Virus record (IMG/VR): IMGVR_UViG_3300029982_000009
Direction: 5' to 3' (one strand)
DNA length: 64,000 nucleotides
Origin: a virus
Taxonomy: Duplodnaviria > Caudoviricetes
Below are positions 26,610 through 34,022 of this stretch, in pieces. Numbering within the stretch: position 1 is the stretch's first letter; each line of letters opens with the position of its first letter. Made by a program: the position numbers and the translations under genes. Below the pieces are notes generated by a model, which did not search any database, was not told where the DNA came from, and was given only the letters and a program-made list of their open reading frames with translations.

Positions 26610-28112
26610 ATGCGATACTTTGAATTGTTTGAATCGAGTCGAGGAATTTTTGTAAGAACCCAGGAAGCCGCAGCGGGCAAAACTATTACGGTTTCAAATA
26701 AGGAAGGAGAAGTTTTAACGGCAATCGGAAATTATCTTCTTCCCGAGACTGGATTGTTTTATGCAAATGATGATGTTTCCAGCCTTCCGGCTAAAGCAAG
26801 ATTGCTGCCTTTAGGCGAGCAGAAAAAATTATTAAAGACCGGGCAGCAAAAAGTAATGGATGCATTGGAACAATATAAAATCACCGCAAAAATTTTACCC
26901 GCCAATTGGCATATTACGAATACTGCGGGAAGAGCGGCAATGATTACTCTCTGGACAAATAGCCGTAATCAAAAAGTTGCGTTTGTAAAACTATTTGTAT
27001 CCAAGAGTCCGAGTGCAATCCCATTTTATTGGAGCAATAGCAATTTCGCTCGAGATACCGGGTTTGCATTATCAAATGATGCTCAACAAAAATCTGAATT
27101 AAATCTTAAACCATTAACCGTTGTTGGGGTCGATGCGAGATTTACAATTGACGATCTATTGGAACAAATTGACGAAAATATTATAACCCATACCGAACTT
27201 CCTTTAGAAGTAATTGAGCAGGTGCCCAAACTTCTTAAGAATATTCAAGTCGGGTTTTCAAGTCCTATTGCAAATGCAGCCCAGTATATTAGTTCATATG
27301 AAGTTGATTTAGGTGAAACCGGGGCTCCGATTGCATTAATGACCGGTCATTTTATATCCGGCGCATACCAACAAGTTGAGGAACAATTATTGAAGCCAAT
27401 GGGATCAAGCTGGGCAAAGATTAAAACCTGCTCTTTTCCGATGGCAGGCAACGAACAGTTGGTAGATAGTTATTTAAACATTGACGCTGATACAAAATTA
27501 GGTATTAGTTCAAAAAATTCTAAAGGCGGCGCCGCTGCTAGCATTACAAGTTTATCCTCGGTAATTGAAAAAAATCCTGAAAGATTTAAAGATCTTGTTA
27601 AAAAGAAAAAATACAAATATCTATTTAATGTAATTAATCTTTTAAAGAATAAATCCGCAATTGATGGTCCACTTGAATTAGGTGTTATGTATGGAATTAT
27701 TGACGCCGCTGATTTGATTAAAATTAAGGCGGCCATTGATGATCCCAATCTTGTTAAAACCGACGTAACTAAAAAGCTGCAAAAATTGTTGGCCAATAAA
27801 ATTTATAACCCAGTTACCACAAGTCCTAATTATACTGTCGGGTTGCATCTTCTTACGGTAGTTGCTCATTTAGTAACTGCTCACCTTAATGAGCAAGAAG
27901 ATTTAGTTACCGAATTTTTCAAAGCTATCTTAGCTAGGTCAAATATGATTCAGGTAATGACCAAAATAAGTAAGACCGGAACCGGGGCAGCATTCACAGA
28001 TTTCAATGTTATCTGGCCACCAGTATTTCAGGGAAAGGTCCAATTTCAGTCCCAAAAAGCGTATTCAGCGAGTGCAAGGCCAAACGGACGAATATGTTTT
28101 AAAATTCACTAA
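26610..28112 (+). CDS. Hypothetical 500-aa protein, possible PD-(D/E)xK nuclease fold
   Basis: MRYFEL leader; DLGE...LVDSY...GISSK pattern; TAAATA at 26599-26604. Confidence 0.5.
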   Translation: MRYFELFESSRGIFVRTQEAAAGKTITVSNKEGEVLTAIGNYLLPETGLFYANDDVSSLPAKARLLPLGEQKKLLKTGQQKVMDALEQYKITAKILPANWHITNTAGRAAMITLWTNSRNQKVAFVKLFVSKSPSAIPFYWSNSNFARDTGFALSNDAQQKSELNLKPLTVVGVDARFTIDDLLEQIDENIITHTELPLEVIEQVPKLLKNIQVGFSSPIANAAQYISSYEVDLGETGAPIALMTGHFISGAYQQVEEQLLKPMGSSWAKIKTCSFPMAGNEQLVDSYLNIDADTKLGISSKNSKGGAAASITSLSSVIEKNPERFKDLVKKKKYKYLFNVINLLKNKSAIDGPLELGVMYGIIDAADLIKIKAAIDDPNLVKTDVTKKLQKLLANKIYNPVTTSPNYTVGLHLLTVVAHLVTAHLNEQEDLVTEFFKAILARSNMIQVMTKISKTGTGAAFTDFNVIWPPVFQGKVQFQSQKAYSASARPNGRICFKIH

Positions 28113-28147
28113 CGAAAAGCCCACCTATCTAGGTGGGCTTTTCGTTA
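28110..28147. terminator. Long bidirectional terminator
   Basis: TAACGAAAAGCCCACCTA-TC-TAGGTGGGCTTTTCGTTA. Confidence 0.85.
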
Positions 28148-28231
28148 ACTGGTTGTTCAATATTATCAATTTTCTATTTTAATTTTCAAATCGTCAGGTC
28201 ATATTTTCCTCATTCCAAAATTAAAACTTTT

Positions 28232-28663
28232 TTATCCAATAGGAAATAAATGTGGGATAATCGGCTGCTTCGGACGATTACGTTGCAAAAATAAATTATG
28301 AGTAGCAAACGGTGTAACAATTGAGGCATCCGTAGCTAACCACACTCTAGCGAGCCTACGATGCCCATGCCGATTTAGATATCGTGCGGCAAAATAATCA
28401 ACGCCGACCATTCCGCCTTCAAATCCTATCAGTGCCGCAGTATGATTTGTAATCTTGCTGGGCAAAAAATCTTCACGGTCGTGATCGTTTCCCGTTAGCA
28501 TGTATCGAGTAGAAAATGTATCTAGCCCTCGAGCAGTAATGTCAGCCCCAAGTAAAATCTTTTCAGATCGATCAAGATTTGGTGTGGGGACCGATGGCAG
28601 TTCTTGCGCTGCAAGTGACATAGCCGCTAGCGAAAGTGCCAGAATACCAATGTGTGCTCTCAT
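28232..28663 (-). CDS. Exported/membrane protein with signal peptide
   Basis: MRAHIGILALSLAAMSLAA-QELPSVP; AAGGGG RBS. Confidence 0.65.
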   Translation of the reverse strand: MRAHIGILALSLAAMSLAAQELPSVPTPNLDRSEKILLGADITARGLDTFSTRYMLTGNDHDREDFLPSKITNHTAALIGFEGGMVGVDYFAARYLNRHGHRRLARVWLATDASIVTPFATHNLFLQRNRPKQPIIPHLFPIG

Positions 28664-28664
28664 A

Positions 28665-28886
28665 TTACCCCTTCTTTTTCGGCGTCGAATCAAACTGGAT
28701 TTCTGCGATTCGAATTTGCGGTTCGTTTGCACTATTAACGAACGCAGTGATTTTCAGCCACTTATTGTCCGTGAATACAATAACATTTTCACAATCTCCC
28801 GATCGAACAATTTCCAGGTGCCTAACGTTCGAGGTAATAAATGTGGTGATTGAATGTGGTCCTTCTGCAATAATCGGATCTGTCAT
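28665..28886 (-). CDS. Hypothetical protein
   Basis: 73 aa with AAGGA RBS, fits the operon. Confidence 0.5.
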   Translation of the reverse strand: MTDPIIAEGPHSITTFITSNVRHLEIVRSGDCENVIVFTDNKWLKITAFVNSANEPQIRIAEIQFDSTPKKKG

Positions 28887-28901
28887 ATGTTCCTTTCTGA
28901 G

Positions 28902-29225
28902 TTAGCAAAGGTAATTCGCACCGTACAAATTAACTGCGGTTCCCCAGCCGAAATTGGCATCAAAAATATTTCCGCGCACATGCTTTGCCGCAGCGGCCCA
29001 GCTAGCGGCCCTGTAGATGTCGCCGGCTTGCTTGTCAATGAAGCAATAAACGCTTCTGCTGCCTTGGTCACTTTTAATGACCTTAAAAAACTTCCCGCCA
29101 TTAGAAATTTCGATAATGGACGGCGTGAGATTCTTGAAGTTTTCGGCATAATATTTGTTCGTTTCGTCTTGAATCTTGGCAACAAAACCAACCACCTGAG
29201 CAGCAACCTTTTCGTTAGCTTTCAT
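28902..29225 (-). CDS. Phage hypothetical protein (GDIYxxASWxxxAKxVRGNI type)
   Basis: Start moved to MKANEK behind GAGGG RBS and TTGACA-17-TACACT promoter (29245-29273). Confidence 0.7.
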   Translation of the reverse strand: MKANEKVAAQVVGFVAKIQDETNKYYAENFKNLTPSIIEISNGGKFFKVIKSDQGSRSVYCFIDKQAGDIYRAASWAAAAKHVRGNIFDANFGWGTAVNLYGANYLC

Positions 29226-29280
29226 CCATTCCCTCACTGAAATAAGTGTATCAAAAATCAGATCACTTGTCAACCGAAAA

Positions 29281-29580
29281 TTACAATTGATTTTTATATT
29301 TCTGCTTTCCCATCCACCATTCGTCGGAAACGGAGTCATACAACGGATGACGATAATCATCCTCATCCCATTCGCCGCCGCACAAATATTCGCTTTCGGT
29401 ATTGCCCGCACGATCCGGCCCCTCGCCGTTTTCGCTATAGCCGTACGAATCAAATCCTTCGTCGTCATCGTAGCATTCAGGATTAATACCGTTACCGCGT
29501 CCTCCGCCATTTTTTGCCCACCAATTTTGATCCTTGGCATACCAACGGCTTACGGTCGGACTGTATTTTCCTACGCTCAT
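29281..29580 (-). CDS. Hypothetical acidic protein (GFDSYGY...DRAG)
   Basis: 99 aa behind TTGCAT-17-TATACT promoter (29603-29631) and GAGGA RBS. Confidence 0.7.
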   Translation of the reverse strand: MSVGKYSPTVSRWYAKDQNWWAKNGGGRGNGINPECYDDDEGFDSYGYSENGEGPDRAGNTESEYLCGGEWDEDDYRHPLYDSVSDEWWMGKQKYKNQL

Positions 29581-29666
29581 ATCTTATTTCCTCACTGAAA
29601 TAAGTATAGCAAAGTTCGGTACCGAATGCAAGCGAAAAATGATCGGAAAACACAAAAAATGATCTG

Positions 29667-29796
29667 TTGAAAATAAAGGACTTATATTGCCCCAAAATGC
29701 CACCAATTTTTTCGACAATATAATGCTACTCCAGAGGCTAATTGGGGCCCTGCTGGGGTAAAATCAGGAAATCGGTCCTTTAAAATCAACACTTTA
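29667..29796 (-). repeat. Conserved non-coding cassette, copy 2 (inverted)
   Basis: TAAAGTGTTGATTTTAAAG at 29796 and TAAGTCCTTTATTTTCAA at 29684; similarity to copy 1 continues through the downstream promoter. Confidence 0.85.
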
Positions 29797-29814
29797 CCGA
29801 TGTAAAAATTGCAG

Positions 29815-29843
29815 TTGACATCGTGATCGTCATTTGCTATAAT
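29815..29843 (+). promoter_or_regulatory. Sigma70 early promoter, perfect consensus
   Basis: TTGACA-17-TATAAT with TG extended -10. Confidence 0.88.
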
Positions 29844-29865
29844 TATTTCAGTGAGGAGAACAACT

Positions 29866-30114
29866 ATGCCGGATCAATCAGTTGCCCCGAAAAAGTTCAT
29901 CATTCAGATTCCCATGTATCGTGGGAAAGGGCGAAATAAGTCCTTTGTTTGCAACTGGTATGTGACTGGCTTCTCATGGCGCAATATGTCCGACGCAGAA
30001 CCCAACAAAATTCAGTATGGCGCGGATCGTTCTAGAGCTATTTCGATGGGGAAAATCACTGCGCAAGACCGGCTCTCGCAGTTTAGGCTTATCGGGGAAG
30101 TGGTTCCCGAATAA
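29866..30114 (+). CDS. Hypothetical early protein
   Basis: MPDQSVAPKK..., GAGGAG RBS. Confidence 0.6.
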   Translation: MPDQSVAPKKFIIQIPMYRGKGRNKSFVCNWYVTGFSWRNMSDAEPNKIQYGADRSRAISMGKITAQDRLSQFRLIGEVVPE

Positions 30115-30121
30115 ATTTTGG

Positions 30122-30150
30122 TTGACAATGTATTCGAATTTTGCTATAAT
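30122..30150 (+). promoter_or_regulatory. Sigma70 early promoter, perfect consensus
   Basis: TTGACA-17-TATAAT. Confidence 0.88.
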
Positions 30151-30463
30151 TGGTTTAGTGAATGAGAAAGAGGTTTCATGAGAAATCGATTGCTCTGGTG
30201 TTCGCAGGTGTTGGTGCTTACCTCAGCGTGCGCACTATTAACACACTTTCCCATTACCGCGATGTGTTGCGTAATTACATCTGCCGTAATTGGATTTTTT
30301 TCTGTAATTTTTGGTAGGTAACGGTTGACAAGTAAATCCAAGTTTGCTATACTGATTATGTTGATGAGATAAACGTAACGGAAATGACGACTGATCATTC
30401 CGTTATAAAAGTTAACCCGGTGACTGCAAAGCAGCGCCCCAACCGAAAAGGACAAATTCAATT

Positions 30464-31108
30464 ATGAGTAATGTAGACACAAAGCTGTTCACTGTTGCCG
30501 GTACTTCACTTTCTAACGGTTCCTACAAGGCGCGTTTCGCGCAGGACGTTGCTGGACGTGTTAAGATGCTGGAGCGTTATGGCGACACCGATGTTGTACT
30601 GGTCGAGCTGCCCAATCCTATGACCAAGACTGATGCCATTGCATTCCTGCAGGAAGCGAAGCCCGTGGGCGTTAATCTCGAAGCACTTGCCTCCAAGGAA
30701 ACTTCATTGGTTGTGCGTAGCACTCCTCGCGCTACCAAGGCAACGAAGACCGATGAAGAGAAGGCTGCTGCGAAGCTCGCCAAGGAAACGGCAAAGGCCG
30801 CGAAGGTATTTGAGCGTGCCGCGGCAAAGGCAGCGAAGGAGCTCGCCCGTGCTAATGCAAAGATTGTGAAGGATGCCGAGAAGGCAACGAAGGCGGCCGC
30901 AAAGGCTGCTGCGAAGCCGGTTGCTCCCGTACTTCCGACGCCGGTCAAGCCGGTAGGTCCTGAGCCCATTGAGAAGCGTCCGGTTGCCGCCGACTCGCTG
31001 GTTACTACCATTGTCAATTCCGCTCGCAAGGGTCATTCGATCCGCGCCAAGGCGCAATCTGCACTAACCTCCACTCCCCAGGTTGCAACCGTCAACGACG
31101 TAGCCTAA
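30464..31108 (+). CDS. Phage protein with Ala/Lys-rich histone-H1-like tail
   Basis: FTVAGTS...KARFA...ELPNPMTK globular N-terminus followed by KAAK repeats; GC-rich codons. Confidence 0.75.
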   Translation: MSNVDTKLFTVAGTSLSNGSYKARFAQDVAGRVKMLERYGDTDVVLVELPNPMTKTDAIAFLQEAKPVGVNLEALASKETSLVVRSTPRATKATKTDEEKAAAKLAKETAKAAKVFERAAAKAAKELARANAKIVKDAEKATKAAAKAAAKPVAPVLPTPVKPVGPEPIEKRPVAADSLVTTIVNSARKGHSIRAKAQSALTSTPQVATVNDVA

Positions 31109-31123
31109 TTCGAAAATCAATTA

Positions 31124-31158
31124 AAATAACGGGCTGACAGATTCAGCCCGTTATTTTT
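31124..31158 (+). terminator. Intrinsic terminator
   Basis: AAAATAACGGGCTGA-CAGAT-TCAGCCCGTTATTTT. Confidence 0.85.
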
Positions 31159-31181
31159 ATGGTAATTCAAGGAAAAATCAT

Positions 31182-31397
31182 ATGAAGCTATTTTGGGGAT
31201 TGATTGAAACCGCATCGCCGCATCGTCATACGTTTGATAAAGATAAATGGAAACTTGTTTCGGAATTTAAATCTGTAAGAATATATCGCGATTCACTGTA
31301 TAACGAACGGTCAGATGGGCATGTATTGCTCTACACGAATACCTGTCTTACCTGTGGGGATTTTCTAGAAAAGCAATTAGTTCAAATACCGGAATAG
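31182..31397 (+). CDS. Small hypothetical protein
   Basis: 71 aa with H-x-H and C-x2-C; AAGGA RBS. Confidence 0.55.
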   Translation: MKLFWGLIETASPHRHTFDKDKWKLVSEFKSVRIYRDSLYNERSDGHVLLYTNTCLTCGDFLEKQLVQIPE

Positions 31398-31409
31398 AAG
31401 GCCATTTAA

Positions 31410-31634
31410 ATGGATAGACGATTTGTTATGCAATGCGGCGCCTGTGGCGCACATCTTTATCGGAACTGTTGCAGTGGGTATGATCCGTACGACCGTTGTC
31501 CGGCTTGCAGCAAATTTTTGAATACCGGAAGTCGTTCGTTATCTCTTGTGCGTACTGAGCAATACGTATCTACATCGGTATGGTATAATCCAGGCACATG
31601 GTTTTCTGGTAAATGGGTACCAATTGTGAACTAA
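31410..31634 (+). CDS. Small zinc-ribbon protein
   Basis: CGAC and CPAC motifs. Confidence 0.55.
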   Translation: MDRRFVMQCGACGAHLYRNCCSGYDPYDRCPACSKFLNTGSRSLSLVRTEQYVSTSVWYNPGTWFSGKWVPIVN

Positions 31635-31645
31635 GGACATTATAT

Positions 31646-32425
31646 ATGAGAATCATTAAACCCGTTGTTATCGTCGAAGACGACCTCGAAATGCTGTTGC
31701 CTAATGGAATGACATTGGCGCAACACATGTTAAAGAAAATTGAAATGTTTTCCAGAAAGTGTTATAAATCAGAAGGTCGAATGACCGATGATTCCTATCT
31801 CACATTTCCCGGTAGACTTTTCAATACAAATCGGCATACCGGAATTGCCGAGCATCGAATGATTTCGTCGACATTCATTACAGATCGAGGAGTCTCCCAC
31901 GAAGGCGTGCGTCACAGAATGGCGGCCTACCTGCAGGAAAGTACAAGGTACGTTGATTATGCAAAAGAAGGCGAGTTAAATAAAGGTGCATCATATATTT
32001 TGCCACCGTGGGTTAATGAATATTCCTCAGATAACAATGATGATTGGGCAGAATTTGTTAGTGATACACGAGCCGATGATTCCCGATACGCAAAATGGCG
32101 GACTCGTGGGTGGACCCCAGAAAAGGCTCGGTATTGGCTTCCTCAAGGCGTGAAGACAGAATATGCTGCAAGTCTAAATTTAGGTAGCTGGTGGAATTTT
32201 TTCTATAAACGAACACCGGAAACTGCACATCCTTCAATGCGGCAGGTTGCAATTCCATTGCATCAATATTTTGTAAAACATCTTCCGCAATTTTTTGAAA
32301 AGTTAACGAATTATGTAGTAGTCGACGATAGATTTTTGCACAAGGGACAATGGTATCCGATGGCGAAATTAGTTGTTAATCCGTATTACGACCAGGTTGA
32401 ATTCGAAGAAGTATATTCAGAATAA
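31646..32425 (+). CDS. thyX: Flavin-dependent thymidylate synthase
   Basis: RGVSHEGVRHR-x7-S (RHRMAAYLQES) ThyX motif and EKAR..LP. Confidence 0.92.
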   Translation: MRIIKPVVIVEDDLEMLLPNGMTLAQHMLKKIEMFSRKCYKSEGRMTDDSYLTFPGRLFNTNRHTGIAEHRMISSTFITDRGVSHEGVRHRMAAYLQESTRYVDYAKEGELNKGASYILPPWVNEYSSDNNDDWAEFVSDTRADDSRYAKWRTRGWTPEKARYWLPQGVKTEYAASLNLGSWWNFFYKRTPETAHPSMRQVAIPLHQYFVKHLPQFFEKLTNYVVVDDRFLHKGQWYPMAKLVVNPYYDQVEFEEVYSE

Positions 32426-32437
32426 CAAAAGGAAAAA

Positions 32438-32728
32438 ATGTTAAACGAAAAAGAAAAAATCAAAACAATCCAATCACATTTAGAAAAGGTTGGTAGTAGA
32501 TATCTGCTGGCAACAATGGTAATGGCCCGAACAAATCAGCTTATCAACGGAGCGTCGATTAAGCATGGACTTTCAAAAGAATTTAATCCGGGCCGAGAAG
32601 AAATACCTTTTTGCCGGCTACCAAAGATTGCATTGGAAGAAATTCGAACCGGTAAATTAACGTGGAAGCATGTTTCAAATGAAAACGGGGCTCCGCCCGA
32701 GATCGAATCACCGGTATTTCACGAGTAG
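32438..32728 (+). CDS. rpoZ: RNA polymerase omega subunit-like protein
   Basis: VGSRYLLATMVMARTNQL..GA and KIALEEIRTGKL match the omega signature. Confidence 0.78.
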   Translation: MLNEKEKIKTIQSHLEKVGSRYLLATMVMARTNQLINGASIKHGLSKEFNPGREEIPFCRLPKIALEEIRTGKLTWKHVSNENGAPPEIESPVFHE

Positions 32729-32776
32729 AAACTATCGGAAATATTTCCGTTAACATTTATACCGAGAGGAAAAAGT

Positions 32777-33388
32777 ATGCTGCTAATTGGTGACGTACAT
32801 GGAAAATTTAAGGAATGCAAAAAGATTGTAACGGAAAATCCCGGCAAGACAATTATTCAGGTGGGGGATTTTGGTGTCGGTTTTCCAGGGCAATCTACGC
32901 TTCCAACTTTCCCTGAAAATTTTTATTTTATTCGCGGAAATCATGATAACCCCGCAGTAGCAAGAGCACACCCCAATTATCTGGGTGATTATGGTGTTAA
33001 AATTATCGATGATCGAAAAGTATTTTACTTGTCTGGCGCTTGGAGTATCGATCAAAGATTTCGCCGATCGGGATTAACCTGGTGGTACGATGAAGAGCTT
33101 TCGATTAAGGAACTCGAAGATGCATTTGAACTTTATATCAATGAACGACCAGAAATTGTGCTCTCACATGATTGCCCCACGAAAGTAGCAGCGCACATTT
33201 TACTTCGGCATTCATTGTATGGCAATCCGGAAGTTTATCCGACTCGAACAGGGCAAGCACTGTCCGCAATGTTTTCGGCATATCAGCCGAAATATTGGAA
33301 TTTTGGGCATTACCATGCCGACTGGGAAAAGACAATTGAAGGCACAGAGTTTCAATGTCTAAATGAACTTTCGATTTCAGAACTGTAA
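32777..33388 (+). CDS. Calcineurin-like metallophosphoesterase
   Basis: GDVHG, VGDFG, GNHD, SHDCP, GHYH. Confidence 0.9.
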   Translation: MLLIGDVHGKFKECKKIVTENPGKTIIQVGDFGVGFPGQSTLPTFPENFYFIRGNHDNPAVARAHPNYLGDYGVKIIDDRKVFYLSGAWSIDQRFRRSGLTWWYDEELSIKELEDAFELYINERPEIVLSHDCPTKVAAHILLRHSLYGNPEVYPTRTGQALSAMFSAYQPKYWNFGHYHADWEKTIEGTEFQCLNELSISEL

Positions 33389-33417
33389 ACAGTTTATAGC
33401 AAAGACTTTATATTCGG

Positions 33418-33446
33418 TTGACATTTAGACTGATATTTGTTATACT
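33418..33446 (+). promoter_or_regulatory. Sigma70 early promoter
   Basis: TTGACA-17-TATACT. Confidence 0.85.
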
Positions 33447-33466
33447 TATTTAAGTAAGGAGATCAA

Positions 33467-33661
33467 ATGAATTTAATTTTAGGTGCAATTGTTTGGATTG
33501 TATTCGGAGGAATTGCGCTTGTGTCCTTTGGTTTTTTGATGTTTTTGATTAGCCAATTGGCCGGATGTTTTCATTGGACTCCCGAACAACGAGCAGCTAA
33601 TTTTGCTGGCATTGTTGCTGGATTTGTTCTTTATAAAACCTTAAGAAATCGGAGAAAATAA
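33467..33661 (+). CDS. Small two-TM membrane protein
   Basis: Two hydrophobic segments and basic C-terminus; AAGGAG RBS. Confidence 0.65.
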   Translation: MNLILGAIVWIVFGGIALVSFGFLMFLISQLAGCFHWTPEQRAANFAGIVAGFVLYKTLRNRRK

Positions 33662-33846
33662 TGTCGAAGCGTAAAAAGGATGTTTTCAGTGCTGTTGCTC
33701 AAGTGAAATCGAATGCCCGAGATCGTATTGGTACACCTAAGGCTTCGTTTGCAATCACACCAAAGCATGAAAAACCCGCTCGTTATAAGACTTCTATGCG
33801 AGATCTTATTGCCAAGGCCAACGATGAGGACCACGATACCGATTAA
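33661..33846 (+). CDS. Small basic hypothetical protein
   Basis: 61 aa, TAATG coupling. Confidence 0.6.
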   Translation: MSKRKKDVFSAVAQVKSNARDRIGTPKASFAITPKHEKPARYKTSMRDLIAKANDEDHDTD

Positions 33847-33973
33847 GTCATTGATTTAAAAGGGTCGATATATTATAATTCCCCCACCAGGGCCCCAATA
33901 TGGGCCCGTTGTGGTCTGGTATGGCGGAATTGAATCAGGGCATACTGGGGTGATTTAAGTCCTTTGTTTTCAA
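33844..33973 (+). repeat. Conserved non-coding cassette, copy 3
   Basis: TAAGTCATTGATTTAAAAG at 33844 and TAAGTCCTTTGTTTTCAA at 33956; CCCCAATATG / CATACTGGGG inverted repeat; followed by TTGACA-17-TATACT (33988-34016). Confidence 0.85.
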
Positions 33974-34022
33974 CCAGTAATTTTCTCTTGACAAACTAAC
34001 CGAAAGTTGATATACTTTAAGC

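Noticed and set aside
28902-29540. 212-aa ORF as annotated in the track
   Set aside because: Its 5' half overlaps another gene and a promoter; the real start is the RBS-backed ATG at 29225.
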